Virus record (IMG/VR): IMGVR_UViG_3300042465_005589
Location: 1 to 64,000 of that record
Strand: one strand, 5' to 3'
DNA: 64,000 nt
The translations under genes and the position numbers were made by a program. Numbering within the stretch: the first letter of the stretch is position 1; the number at the start of each line of letters is the position of its first letter. Positions 19,334 to 29,790 of the stretch are shown here, one piece after another. The notes beneath the pieces were generated by a model. The model made no database searches, was not told the DNA's origin, and worked only from the letters and a program-made list of their open reading frames with translations.

Positions 19334-20323
19334 ATGAAGATATCGATTATTGGAACAGGGTGGGTTGGATGTCATTTGTCTAATGTGTTAAAAAACGAAC
19401 ACGATGTCACGCTATATGAAAAAAATGACAAAATATTTAATGGCACTTCTTACTATAATCAAAATAGATTACATTATGGTTATCATTATGCGAGAAACTA
19501 CGAAACCAGAAATTTGTGTAAAACAACTTTTTATAGGTTTATAAACGACTATGGGTTTTGCGTGACCGATATTGATAAAAACTTTTATTGCGTACCTAAA
19601 AAATTATCTTTAATTGATTTAAACACATATTTAAAAATTTTTGATGAGTATCCGTCTGAATTAACTTCCCATAATTTTAGTAATACTGAAGGATGTATTT
19701 TAACAAATGAAAAACATATTAATTTTAAAAAAGTTAAAAATTATTTTCAAAAAGAATTAGATGGGTTAATAAAATATGAAACAATAGATAATGTAAAATT
19801 AGAACAACTATCTAAAAACTCGGATTTAGTTATTGATGCGACAAATAATTTTATGGGATTAATAAATACTGATTTTTTTTATGAGTTAACCATAACATTA
19901 ATTTATGATAAAATTAAATCAACTAATTTCGATTCTGTGACATTTGTTGATGGTGAACTATTTTCTATCTACCCTTATAAAGATAATAAGTTTACATTAA
20001 CCGATGTTAAATTAACACCATTAAAAAAGTTTTCATCAGTTAATGAAATCGATGAATATAAAAAATTAATAAATGATGAATTTATTTTAAATAAAATTAA
20101 AGAATTTGAAAATCGAGTTATGACATTTATGCCGGAATTCAACGAATACTTTAAATATGACTCTTATTTTTTATCAATAAAAAGTAAAGTAAATGATGAG
20201 TCGGATAGTCGATATCCAGTAATAAAACAAACAAACAATATAATTTCATGTTTTACCGGAAAAATACAAGGAATTTATATTATTGAGGATTATATTTTAA
20301 ACATAATTAATAATGACAAATGA
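19334..20323 (+). CDS. FAD-dependent oxidoreductase
   Basis: IIGTGWVG Rossmann motif, GTSYYNQNRLHYGYHY. Confidence 0.8.
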   Translation: MKISIIGTGWVGCHLSNVLKNEHDVTLYEKNDKIFNGTSYYNQNRLHYGYHYARNYETRNLCKTTFYRFINDYGFCVTDIDKNFYCVPKKLSLIDLNTYLKIFDEYPSELTSHNFSNTEGCILTNEKHINFKKVKNYFQKELDGLIKYETIDNVKLEQLSKNSDLVIDATNNFMGLINTDFFYELTITLIYDKIKSTNFDSVTFVDGELFSIYPYKDNKFTLTDVKLTPLKKFSSVNEIDEYKKLINDEFILNKIKEFENRVMTFMPEFNEYFKYDSYFLSIKSKVNDESDSRYPVIKQTNNIISCFTGKIQGIYIIEDYILNIINNDK

Positions 20324-21359
20324 AGAATTATCGTTTCTATTTAACAAATACTTGAATAGAAATTTTACAAACCATGAACTAATTGTTCATGGTAAAAAAA
20401 CAGTAAGTTTTTTAGAAAATGAAATATTAAATTGTAACGAATATTTAAAATTACCCACAAGAAATACTAACATAAATGATTTGAAAGTTGCCATTTTATT
20501 AAGTGGTCATATCAGAAAAAACTCAATATTAAAAGGGATAAATCAATTTTGTAATAATGAAAATTTTCATGTTTTTATACATACATGGGATAATATAGGA
20601 TTGAAAGGTAGTGAAACCTTATTAAACGATTTATCCGCCGAAACTTCCGTGATTTCTGAAATAAACAAATTCACTAATATGAAAAACCATGAAATAGATA
20701 ATAATAAATATTGGATTGAATCTCAAGAAATTAAAGATAACTATTTTAATTTTTCATCTCCAGAAATTTTTATTAAATCTCAATTATATTCTATTAATAA
20801 ATCATATAAATTAATGGAACAATATTCAAAAGAAAATAATATTGAATATGATGTGGTTTTAAAAATAAGATTTGATTGTGATATGACAGAATTTAATTTA
20901 ACAGATAAAATAATCTCAGACATAAAAACTCATGATATTATTTTTACCCCTAATATTGATAATCAACATACTCACATGGACTATGGTACATCTTGTTGGG
21001 CATGTGACAGTTTATATTATAAACATAATAGAAAAATGGTTCATATTTTTGACCACACAAATGTTATATGTGATTTATTTGCGTATGGGAGTAAAGATTC
21101 AATGAAACAATATTGTGATTTATATAATAATTATGATGAACTAAACAAATCTTTTTTTGATAAAAATCTAAAGCAATTTAAAAGAGTCCCTAAAAATATT
21201 GTTCATGAAGGTGGTAATTATAACTTAAAAGGTCATGAAGGTCACGTAGATTCATTATATTATTACTATTGCTCATATCCGGAAAGATTACTACAATTTC
21301 AATTAAAAGATTATATGTTAGTTCAATCAAAAGAAATTAAATTAAACTTAGTTCGATGA
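20313..21359 (+). CDS. putative glycan-modifying protein
   Basis: VAILLSGHIR...VFIHTW...YDVVLKIRFD...DLFAYG...YPE pattern seen in polysaccharide loci. Confidence 0.5.
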   Translation: MTNEELSFLFNKYLNRNFTNHELIVHGKKTVSFLENEILNCNEYLKLPTRNTNINDLKVAILLSGHIRKNSILKGINQFCNNENFHVFIHTWDNIGLKGSETLLNDLSAETSVISEINKFTNMKNHEIDNNKYWIESQEIKDNYFNFSSPEIFIKSQLYSINKSYKLMEQYSKENNIEYDVVLKIRFDCDMTEFNLTDKIISDIKTHDIIFTPNIDNQHTHMDYGTSCWACDSLYYKHNRKMVHIFDHTNVICDLFAYGSKDSMKQYCDLYNNYDELNKSFFDKNLKQFKRVPKNIVHEGGNYNLKGHEGHVDSLYYYYCSYPERLLQFQLKDYMLVQSKEIKLNLVR

Positions 21360-22117
21360 AAATATTAATAGGAAACACCGGTTTAGTAGGGCAAACTTTA
21401 AAAGAAAGTATAAATTTTGAATTTGAATATAATTCAAAATCAATTCATAATTATTTACCACCTGATGGATGTGACTTGTATTTATCTTGTTTACCTTCAA
21501 CAAAATGGTTAATTAATAAAGATACGAAGTCAGATATTGAAACTGTGGTAGACATTATTAAATTAATAGGCGATGTTAAATATAAAAATGTATATGTAAT
21601 ATCTACGATTGATGTATATGGGAATTCACCTGTAGGTGTTGACGAAGATTTTGAACCAATATTCAAAGATTTTTCTTATGGGTCGAATAGATATCTTTTT
21701 GAAAAAATGGTTGTAAAACACTTAAACTATGAGAATGTAAAGATTTTTAGATTACCAGCTTTATTTAGTAAAAATATTAAAAAAAACATATTATACGATT
21801 TATTGAATAATAATAACATTCATATGATTAATAAAAATTCATCATTCCAATGGTATAATTTAAATGATTTGGTGAGTGATATAAATTTGTATGGTAAAAA
21901 TTACTCTAACGAAATAGTTTTTAATTTATTTACGGAACCATTGGAAAGTGAAGAAATCATTAATTTATTCCCGTCTCATAAAGAAAAAGTTATACATTCC
22001 GAAATTAAAATACAGTACGATTATACGACCAAATATTCGTCAACCGGATACATAAAACCTAAAGAGGTAATATTAAATGAAATTAAAAAATTGGTAAACG
22101 AAATTGCTCTTAAATAA
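21356..22117 (+). CDS. NAD(P)-dependent epimerase/dehydratase-like protein
   Basis: LIGNTGLVG, ISTIDVY, YGSNR, RLPALF. Confidence 0.75.
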   Translation: MKILIGNTGLVGQTLKESINFEFEYNSKSIHNYLPPDGCDLYLSCLPSTKWLINKDTKSDIETVVDIIKLIGDVKYKNVYVISTIDVYGNSPVGVDEDFEPIFKDFSYGSNRYLFEKMVVKHLNYENVKIFRLPALFSKNIKKNILYDLLNNNNIHMINKNSSFQWYNLNDLVSDINLYGKNYSNEIVFNLFTEPLESEEIINLFPSHKEKVIHSEIKIQYDYTTKYSSTGYIKPKEVILNEIKKLVNEIALK

Positions 22118-22119
22118 TA

Positions 22120-23220
22120 TTATAAAGTCATTCTATTTGAATGATTAGATTTTATTTTTTCCATTGAGATTTCAATTGGTAAACACTTGTCACTAAAATA
22201 ATTTATTTGGTTAAACAATGTTTCATGGTTTTTAATCTTGTTAACATAATTATTTGTATCTAATAGTTCTTCAGTTAATATTTCATCAACAATTTTTGAG
22301 TATTCTATATTGGAAATACCTTCCTTATTTGGTAAAACTAAACAACTTTCTTTTAAATCAATATCTTTAGTGAATATTTTTTGGTATAATAACAATTCTT
22401 CTTCGGATAGTATTGGTACTATATTATAAGCAAAACACTGATAAAAAGATATTCTAGTTGGGGTATCCCCTCTTAACACAAACAAATATTTTGTTTTCAT
22501 TAATTCCTCTTCTATATTTAACATACTACCAATATAAACTTCTGTTTTTAATTGTAGTATAAAACTTCTAATTCTATTAAGTAATGGTCTAGACTCTGAA
22601 TGTAAAGAACCAATAAATGTTAGGTCATATTTTTTTTCACAACTTATAATTTTTTTTATAGAAGGAAGTGAAAATAAACTATTACTATTCAACACATATG
22701 GAATCGTAATTATTCTGTCGTATGTACCCATTTTAAAAGTTGTGGTAGTATTAAAAAAAGATACCTCATCCTCATAGCTTAAAATAAAAATATCCTTGTC
22801 GATTGATTCAAAAGAAGTTTCAAATAAAACATAACTATATAAAATAAAATGCGGAATTTTTAAATTTGATTCTACGTTATTTTTAATAAAATTATCCCAA
22901 TAAAATTTAATAAAATTTTCTTTATACCCAACACCAAACGTAGGTGGTTGAACTTTTGGGATTAAATCAGAATACTTGTCATAACTTTTTAAATGAATAA
23001 AAAGTTTGTTATGATTACTAGGGGTTATAGACCCATAAATCAATCTAATAAAGTCTATCGGTATGAAAGCAATATCAGATTCATTGATATCATCAACCAC
23101 TTCATATTTTAATTTTAGTTTATCCAAAAATATATTGTATAAATCCATTTCAGGTGGTAAGGACTCAAAAAATGACATAATTTTTTCTAATTCTTTGATA
23201 TTATAAATAAAAATCTTCAT
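22120..23220 (-). CDS. exostosin (GT47)-like glycosyltransferase
   Basis: start MKIFIYN (23220); ADIAFIP-like, IPY, TFIGS, LFVLRGDTPTRISFYQ...VPI. Confidence 0.7.
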   Translation of the reverse strand: MKIFIYNIKELEKIMSFFESLPPEMDLYNIFLDKLKLKYEVVDDINESDIAFIPIDFIRLIYGSITPSNHNKLFIHLKSYDKYSDLIPKVQPPTFGVGYKENFIKFYWDNFIKNNVESNLKIPHFILYSYVLFETSFESIDKDIFILSYEDEVSFFNTTTTFKMGTYDRIITIPYVLNSNSLFSLPSIKKIISCEKKYDLTFIGSLHSESRPLLNRIRSFILQLKTEVYIGSMLNIEEELMKTKYLFVLRGDTPTRISFYQCFAYNIVPILSEEELLLYQKIFTKDIDLKESCLVLPNKEGISNIEYSKIVDEILTEELLDTNNYVNKIKNHETLFNQINYFSDKCLPIEISMEKIKSNHSNRMTL

Positions 23221-23241
23221 ACTTATTAAATATAAGTCTAT

Positions 23242-24252
23242 ATGTCTAATAATAAATGTTTTCACATATTAAATATTAATCCCGAATTTAATTCAGACTT
23301 ATTACCAATACACATAAATGATAATGAAATAATTAATAATCATTTTATTAAATTTGACGATTATAAATTTTTACGGTCACAATATTCTTTAGAGATAGTG
23401 TTACATAATATGTTTAGAGAACACAAAAATTTAATAAATAATTATGAAAATTCTGACATCGTATTCATCCCTATTTATTTATTTTGCACCGCATGGTCAA
23501 AGAAATATTTTTATGATGTTAATCAAATAATTAATAAAATAAATTTAATCTTACCGTTAATTAATAACTGTGTTAATGATGGTAAAAAAGTTATTATTAC
23601 TTATTCAGATGTTATGTGGGAGGATAATAGATGTTTTTTAAATTACTTTAATTTCCATGAAAACATTTATGTTATTTGTTATGAAGATGTGATAAGTACA
23701 AACAATCAAATCCCGGTACCATATTGTACTCATATTAAAAAAAACCCAAAAGATTATATTATACCTCAAAACATTAACAAAAAACACTTAATAAGTTATG
23801 CAGGTAGATATAGAAAAGAAATTGATTACTTTAATAATATTCAGGTATTAAATACAAATACAGTAATCGATGATAAATGGATTAGCATTAATAATGTGGA
23901 CACATACAATGAAATTGATGAGCTTTATTTAAATAGTCATTTTTCGTTACAACCACATGGGGATAAACAATCGAGAAAAGGGTTCTATCATAGTTTATTA
24001 CTTGGATGTATACCCGTAATATTTGATGACAATTATGGTATATATGAAAAAGTGTTAAATGGCATTGTTAATATTGAAGATATTTCTGTAATATTAAACA
24101 AACATGAAAACAATTTTGAAGACGTATTGAATAAAGAATTAATAAACATTAATTCAAAGATTGAAAATATTAATAAAATAAAACATTTATTATTGTACGA
24201 TGAGAATGATTTATCAATTGTTGATTTTATTTTAAATAAAATTAAATTTTAA
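23242..24252 (+). CDS. exostosin (GT47)-like glycosyltransferase
   Basis: SDIVFIP, VPY, SHFSLQPHGDKQSRKGFYHSLLLGCIPV. Confidence 0.8.
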   Translation: MSNNKCFHILNINPEFNSDLLPIHINDNEIINNHFIKFDDYKFLRSQYSLEIVLHNMFREHKNLINNYENSDIVFIPIYLFCTAWSKKYFYDVNQIINKINLILPLINNCVNDGKKVIITYSDVMWEDNRCFLNYFNFHENIYVICYEDVISTNNQIPVPYCTHIKKNPKDYIIPQNINKKHLISYAGRYRKEIDYFNNIQVLNTNTVIDDKWISINNVDTYNEIDELYLNSHFSLQPHGDKQSRKGFYHSLLLGCIPVIFDDNYGIYEKVLNGIVNIEDISVILNKHENNFEDVLNKELININSKIENINKIKHLLLYDENDLSIVDFILNKIKF

Positions 24253-24274
24253 AATATACAAATATATTAAAAAT

Positions 24275-25033
24275 ATGAAATTATCATTAAGTAACTTAGC
24301 GTGGGATATCTCCGATAACGACCAAATCTTAACTATATTAAAGACTAAAAATATTCATAATATTGAAGGTGTTCTAACTAAAATTAATGAATGGGATAAA
24401 TTATCTAACGATGTTTTAATAGAGTATAAAAAAAAGTTAGACTCTTACAATATTAAAATGGAGTCAATTCAGTCAATATTTTATGATGTTAAATGTGATG
24501 GAATTAAAGATACGAAAATAGTTTATAAACATATTGACAGACTAATTGAAATATGTAAAATATTAGGGGTTAAGGTTATGGTTTTTGGGTCTCCTACCAT
24601 TAGAAATGGAATCGTTGATGATTCGTTATCTAAAATATTTAAAAGGATTGATAATTCACTTAACAATACAGGTATTGCTCTAACTATTGAACCTAACTCT
24701 AAAGTTTATGGGGGGAATTATTTTTATAATATAGAAGAAATTGTTGATTTTATTAAAAATAATAAATTTATTAATATTAAAACAATGATTGATACCCATA
24801 ACTTAAAATTAGAAGGTTACGACCCAATTATTGAATTAAGTAAGTATTATGACTATATTAATCATATACATATTTCGGAAATAAAATTGACACCAATTAT
24901 AAATCCTGATATACATATAAATTTCTCAAATGAACTTAAAAAATTAGGATATAATCAAATAATCACATATGAGGTTTTAAAATGTGATAATATTGAATCT
25001 GAAATAAAAAAATTTGTTGAGATTTACAACTAA
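24275..25033 (+). CDS. sugar phosphate isomerase/epimerase (xylose isomerase-like TIM barrel)
   Basis: MKLSLSNLAW, VFGSP, IEPN, DTHN, HIHISE, YE. Confidence 0.8.
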   Translation: MKLSLSNLAWDISDNDQILTILKTKNIHNIEGVLTKINEWDKLSNDVLIEYKKKLDSYNIKMESIQSIFYDVKCDGIKDTKIVYKHIDRLIEICKILGVKVMVFGSPTIRNGIVDDSLSKIFKRIDNSLNNTGIALTIEPNSKVYGGNYFYNIEEIVDFIKNNKFINIKTMIDTHNLKLEGYDPIIELSKYYDYINHIHISEIKLTPIINPDIHINFSNELKKLGYNQIITYEVLKCDNIESEIKKFVEIYN

Positions 25034-25050
25034 ACAATTAAAAAAATAAA

Positions 25051-25794
25051 ATGGCTGAACAGCGAAAAAAGAAACCAACAACAACTCCGAACTCGGAAGT
25101 GACCGGTAAACCGGTAAGTAAAAAAGATTTAATTGCTCAAATTATTAAAAGAAAAACTAAAGAAAAGTTTTTAACTTTAAATCAAAAAAAATATTACGAT
25201 ACTTTAATTGACAGTGAAATCACAGTTTGTTCGGGACCAGCGGGTGTCGGTAAAAGTTATATAACAATGAAAGCTGCGATTGACTTACTTTCAGACCCAA
25301 AAACCCCTTACGAAAAAATAATAATTGTTAGACCAGCTGTTGAGGCTGAAGAAAAATTGGGTTCACTACCAGGTAATGTTGAAGAAAAGTTAGACCCATA
25401 TATCTTCCCATCTTATTACCTATTAAATAAAATTATTGGTAAAGAATGTCGAGAAAAACTTAAAGAGATTGAAGTTATTGAAGTGTTTGCGTTAGCGTTT
25501 ATGAGAGGTATGAATATTGACAATTCAATATTAATATTTGAAGAGGGTCAAAATGCGTCCCCGAGTCAAATGAAACTTCTTTTAACAAGAATAGGTTATA
25601 ATAGTAAATTTTTTATATCAGGAGATGTTGAACAGTCTGATAAATATAAAAATAAAACATTAAGTGGGTTATGGGACGCAATTGAAAAATTTAGAGATGA
25701 CGACTATGTTTCCACATTTGAGTTTAAAGATAAAAATGATATCGTTAGAAATCCATTAATAAGTAAAATATTAGAAAAATACGAAGATAAATAG
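25051..25794 (+). CDS. phoH: PhoH-family ATPase
   Basis: GPAGVGKS, RPAVE, LG.LPG, FMRG, EEGQN, LLTRIG, GD..QSD, DIVRNPL. Confidence 0.93.
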   Translation: MAEQRKKKPTTTPNSEVTGKPVSKKDLIAQIIKRKTKEKFLTLNQKKYYDTLIDSEITVCSGPAGVGKSYITMKAAIDLLSDPKTPYEKIIIVRPAVEAEEKLGSLPGNVEEKLDPYIFPSYYLLNKIIGKECREKLKEIEVIEVFALAFMRGMNIDNSILIFEEGQNASPSQMKLLLTRIGYNSKFFISGDVEQSDKYKNKTLSGLWDAIEKFRDDDYVSTFEFKDKNDIVRNPLISKILEKYEDK

Positions 25795-25821
25795 AATTAA
25801 AAACATTAATTTAATAGAGAA

Positions 25822-25860
25822 GATAAGTGACTATATTTTAGTTTACTTATCTTTTTTTTT
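25822..25860 (+). terminator. possible intrinsic terminator
   Basis: gataagt...acttatc stem followed by T9. Confidence 0.55.
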
Positions 25861-25877
25861 ATATAACTTTTATTGAT

Positions 25878-26480
25878 ATGAGAATCGGTATAGAAATTAA
25901 TGGAGTATTACGAAATACTTTGGGGAAAATTGAACAAACTTATCAAAAATTTTTAATTGATAAAACAGATGGTATAGAGAATGAAGACTCTTTTGAATAT
26001 AAGATGACTTATCCGATAAACAGTTTAACGTTAAATGAACATTTCTCATTTCCGGATGAAGATGAATTATTTTCATTTTTATATGAAGAATTTGCTATGG
26101 AAATTTTTGGTCACGCACAGTCTTCAGAATATAACACTTTTACTGATTTAAACGAGGTTTACGTCTCTTTAAGAGATAATAATGATTTACTGATAGTTTC
26201 TGATGAAATAGGTAAATCAAAACCTGCATCACTATTCTTTTTATCCAAATTTGGTTGCCAATTAGAAAAAGTAAAATTTTATAGTAATTCAACAATTAAT
26301 TCAATGTGGGATGAAATTGATATTTTACTTACATCAAATCCCATCTTATTATTGGAATATCCCTCAGATAAAATATTAATAAAATACGACACTGAGTATA
26401 ATGAGAATATTAACACAATCCATTCTATAAAATCAATAAAAGAATTGGAGGATAAATTAAAACAAATTTTAGAATGTTAA
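25878..26480 (+). CDS. HAD-like (5'-nucleotidase-like) protein with degenerate motif I
   Basis: MRIGIEINGVLRN in place of IGIDxDGVL. Confidence 0.5.
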   Translation: MRIGIEINGVLRNTLGKIEQTYQKFLIDKTDGIENEDSFEYKMTYPINSLTLNEHFSFPDEDELFSFLYEEFAMEIFGHAQSSEYNTFTDLNEVYVSLRDNNDLLIVSDEIGKSKPASLFFLSKFGCQLEKVKFYSNSTINSMWDEIDILLTSNPILLLEYPSDKILIKYDTEYNENINTIHSIKSIKELEDKLKQILEC

Positions 26481-26752
26481 AAGTATTAGGAGAAAACTAT
26501 TATGTAGATTTGGATAAAATAGATGACTATGTCCAAATAAAACCAAAAAAAAATATCACATCAGGTGATACTGAAGGTACCGCCATTAGTATAATTAAAT
26601 ATGAAACTATCAAGTTAATGTTAGAAATAATTATGGATGAGCCTGAAGAGATTGACGAACAATTAGGGGCTAAAGGAACTAACAATTTATCTATACCCTT
26701 TAAATTAGCGTTTAATACTCTATTATATAAAAAATTACTAAATAAAATATAA
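26474..26752 (+). CDS. hypothetical protein
   Basis: 92-aa coupled ORF. Confidence 0.65.
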   Translation: MLKVLGENYYVDLDKIDDYVQIKPKKNITSGDTEGTAISIIKYETIKLMLEIIMDEPEEIDEQLGAKGTNNLSIPFKLAFNTLLYKKLLNKI

Positions 26753-26757
26753 TTAAT

Positions 26758-27822
26758 ATGACACAAGAACAAATTACAAAGCTAGAACAGTCAATTCAAA
26801 ACATGAAAGATAAAAAATCGAGAATTTATCTTTTAGTACAAGACACTAAAGGTAATGCAAAAGCCTCTGTTGCTTACATATACGATTTAGGTATGACATT
26901 ACTAAAAATTGGATATAATCCAATTATCTTACACGAAACACCGGATTATACTGGTGTTGGAGAATGGTTAGGTGAAGAATACATGACATCATTACCTCAT
27001 AAAACTATTGAGGGTCAAAATTTGGAAATTGCTCCTGAAGATTTAATTGTTATTCCTGAATTATATGGGTTTGTTATGAGTCAAATTGCAAAGTTACCTT
27101 GTGGTAAAATTGTATTATCTCAAGCTCACGACCATATTTTGGAAACTCTACAACCAGGTCAGACATGGTCGCAATTAGGGTTTTATAAATGTATAACAAC
27201 ATCTGAAACTCAAAAAGAATATATTGAAAATCTTATGAGAGGCATTTCAATTGATGTGTTAAAACCATTTATTTCAGATAAATTTAAACCTAATCCATTA
27301 CCAGCAAAACCAATTATAGCGATTCACGCTAGAGAACAAAGAGAAGCTGTTAATATGATTAAAAGTTTTTACATTAAATTTCCACAATACAGATGGATAA
27401 CTTTTAGAGATATGAGAGGATTAACTATTGACGAATTCGCAACAGCGATGAAAGATTGTTTCTTATCTGTTTGGATTGATGAGACAAGCTCTTACGGTAC
27501 ATTCCCATTAGAATCGATGAAATGTAAAATACCGGTAGTTGGTTTAGCACCAAATTTGGTACCTGAATGGATGAATGAAGATAACGGTATTTGGGTAAAC
27601 AATAAAACTCAAATGGTTGATTATGTTGCCGACTTTTTACAAAATTGGTTAGAAGATAGTATTAATGAAAATTTAGAACAAGAAATAATTAAAACATCTG
27701 AAAATTTAAGTACTAAAGAAGATTTTGAAAAAATAGCGACAAATTTATTTGAAGGATATCTAACAAAAAGATTAGAATCATTTGAAGAACAATTAAATAA
27801 ACTACAAACAATAGAAGAATAA
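26758..27822 (+). CDS. GT-B-like glycosyltransferase
   Basis: IVIPE, SSYGTFPLESMKCKIPVVG donor-binding motif. Confidence 0.6.
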   Translation: MTQEQITKLEQSIQNMKDKKSRIYLLVQDTKGNAKASVAYIYDLGMTLLKIGYNPIILHETPDYTGVGEWLGEEYMTSLPHKTIEGQNLEIAPEDLIVIPELYGFVMSQIAKLPCGKIVLSQAHDHILETLQPGQTWSQLGFYKCITTSETQKEYIENLMRGISIDVLKPFISDKFKPNPLPAKPIIAIHAREQREAVNMIKSFYIKFPQYRWITFRDMRGLTIDEFATAMKDCFLSVWIDETSSYGTFPLESMKCKIPVVGLAPNLVPEWMNEDNGIWVNNKTQMVDYVADFLQNWLEDSINENLEQEIIKTSENLSTKEDFEKIATNLFEGYLTKRLESFEEQLNKLQTIEE

Positions 27823-27823
27823 T

Positions 27824-28630
27824 ATGGAAAATTACTTTGACGTATCAGTTATATTACCGATTAAATCGGCAACCGTACCATTTTTTGAGGATTACTTTAA
27901 AAAATGTATCGAATCATTAAATAATCAAAAATTAAGAATTAATGAATTAGTCATTGTTCATACAAATGAAACACCATTAGTAGAACTTATTAAAGATTAT
28001 GATTTTGGTGATTTAAATGTTGTTAAATTAGAATGGGATAAAGACCCTAATTATGCCGCACAAGTTAATCATGGTGTTAGAAATTCTAAATCTGAATGGA
28101 TTTCATTATTTGAATTTGACGATGAGTACTCAAATATATGGTTTAAAAATGTTAACGTTTATGCAAACGCATATCCTAATATCGACGCATTTTTACCAAT
28201 AGTTGTTGATACAGACCAAAAAGGTAAATTTGCTGGATTTACTAATGAAGCTACTTTCGCGGCAAACTTTACACCTGAAATGGGTATTTTAACACATGAT
28301 ACTTTATTAGATTATCAAAATTTCCAATCATCAGGAATGGTAATTAAAAAATCAAAATTTGTTGATTATGGATTATTTAAACCATCGTTTAAATTAACGT
28401 TTGGATATGAATTATTCTTACGATTAACACATAATTCCATTAACATAATGTCTATACCGAGAATTGGTTATAAACATACAAATTTAAGAGATGGTTCAAT
28501 CTTTTGGAATTACAAAAATGGTAGAGATATTTTAACTCCGGAAGAAGTTAAATTTTGGATTGAATCCGCAAAAAAAGAATATTTTTTCATTAATGACAGA
28601 GCAATAAAATTTGAATCTCAAGAATCTTAA
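27824..28630 (+). CDS. GT2-like glycosyltransferase
   Basis: VSVILPI, CIESLNNQ, N.GV, WISLFEFDD. Confidence 0.7.
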   Translation: MENYFDVSVILPIKSATVPFFEDYFKKCIESLNNQKLRINELVIVHTNETPLVELIKDYDFGDLNVVKLEWDKDPNYAAQVNHGVRNSKSEWISLFEFDDEYSNIWFKNVNVYANAYPNIDAFLPIVVDTDQKGKFAGFTNEATFAANFTPEMGILTHDTLLDYQNFQSSGMVIKKSKFVDYGLFKPSFKLTFGYELFLRLTHNSINIMSIPRIGYKHTNLRDGSIFWNYKNGRDILTPEEVKFWIESAKKEYFFINDRAIKFESQES

Positions 28631-29379
28631 TGAATGAAAATATTAATTTAACAGGAGATACAAATGTTGAGTTAAAAAAGAAAGGTAGAAAACCAACACA
28701 AGCAAATTATTTTGATGTTAGAGAAGAATTAGCTGTAGTCAGATTTTTAGAATCATCCTCGTATGAAGAAAAAAATAAGATTTACAACGAATTTTTAAAA
28801 AAACCTTTAGACAAGATGATATCTTCAATTATTAGAAGATACAAATTATATAGAAAAGACATGGATTTCACTGATATACATGTAGACACTCACTCGTTTT
28901 TAATGACTAAAATAGATAAGTTTAAACCTTCTCGTGAAAAGAAGGCTTATTCTTATTTTGGTACAATATGTAAAAACTATTTAATGGGTCAAATCATTAA
29001 AGACCAAAAAGAAACCAATAGAAAAATATCGTATGAAGATATTTCATCAAATTTAGAAAATAATGAAAACTTCGCGTATTATATTGAGAATGATAGTTTA
29101 GATTCTGAAAAAGTTATTAAACACTTTTTAATTGAATTAGAGAGATTTATCAAGGAAGAAAATTTATCGGAAAATGAGATTAAACTAGGTCACGCTCTTT
29201 ATGATATTTTTGAAAATTACGATTCAATATTTATTGGAAATGATAATAACAAATTTAATAAAAATATTATTTTATTGTCTTTAAGAGAGATGACTAATCT
29301 TTCAACAAAAGAAATTAGAGGGTCAATGAGAAAATACAAAAATATGTATTACACATTGATTCAAAATATGGTTAATTAA
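28630..29379 (+). CDS. putative late-transcription sigma factor (T4 gp55-like)
   Basis: NYF...; KFKPSREKKAYSYFGTICKNYL resembles sigma region 2 of gp55 (FDP...AYFTQI). Confidence 0.6.
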   Translation: MNENINLTGDTNVELKKKGRKPTQANYFDVREELAVVRFLESSSYEEKNKIYNEFLKKPLDKMISSIIRRYKLYRKDMDFTDIHVDTHSFLMTKIDKFKPSREKKAYSYFGTICKNYLMGQIIKDQKETNRKISYEDISSNLENNENFAYYIENDSLDSEKVIKHFLIELERFIKEENLSENEIKLGHALYDIFENYDSIFIGNDNNKFNKNIILLSLREMTNLSTKEIRGSMRKYKNMYYTLIQNMVN

Positions 29380-29406
29380 AAAACAATAAATTAAATATTT
29401 ATCATT

Positions 29407-29784
29407 ATGGCAAGACCGACAAAAAAAGAAATTAATCTAAGTAAAGAATCAATGTTATCATTGATGCAAGAAATCTATAATGAACTTGTAGAACAAAGAA
29501 GCACTGCGATTAGAATTCAAAATAAAATGTTAACAATGATGAAAAACCCTGAGGACATGACTTTAATCGGTCCCGTTATTGAAAAACAACAAAAAATAAT
29601 TAACGATTGTGTTGAAAAAAAATTAACCCTTTCAAAACTACAAGCAGGAATGTGGGAAAAATCAAATACAGGTACGAGTGAAAGTTTTTCAATTTCAGAT
29701 TTAGGTGTTGATGATGAGATGTTAAAAACTTTAATTGAAAAAGACGCATCCAAAACTGAAGGTTCCTATAAAATGAAAAAATAA
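29407..29784 (+). CDS. hypothetical protein
   Basis: helical ORF, TATTTAT at 29396-29402. Confidence 0.65.
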   Translation: MARPTKKEINLSKESMLSLMQEIYNELVEQRSTAIRIQNKMLTMMKNPEDMTLIGPVIEKQQKIINDCVEKKLTLSKLQAGMWEKSNTGTSESFSISDLGVDDEMLKTLIEKDASKTEGSYKMKK

Positions 29785-29790
29785 TTTGTT

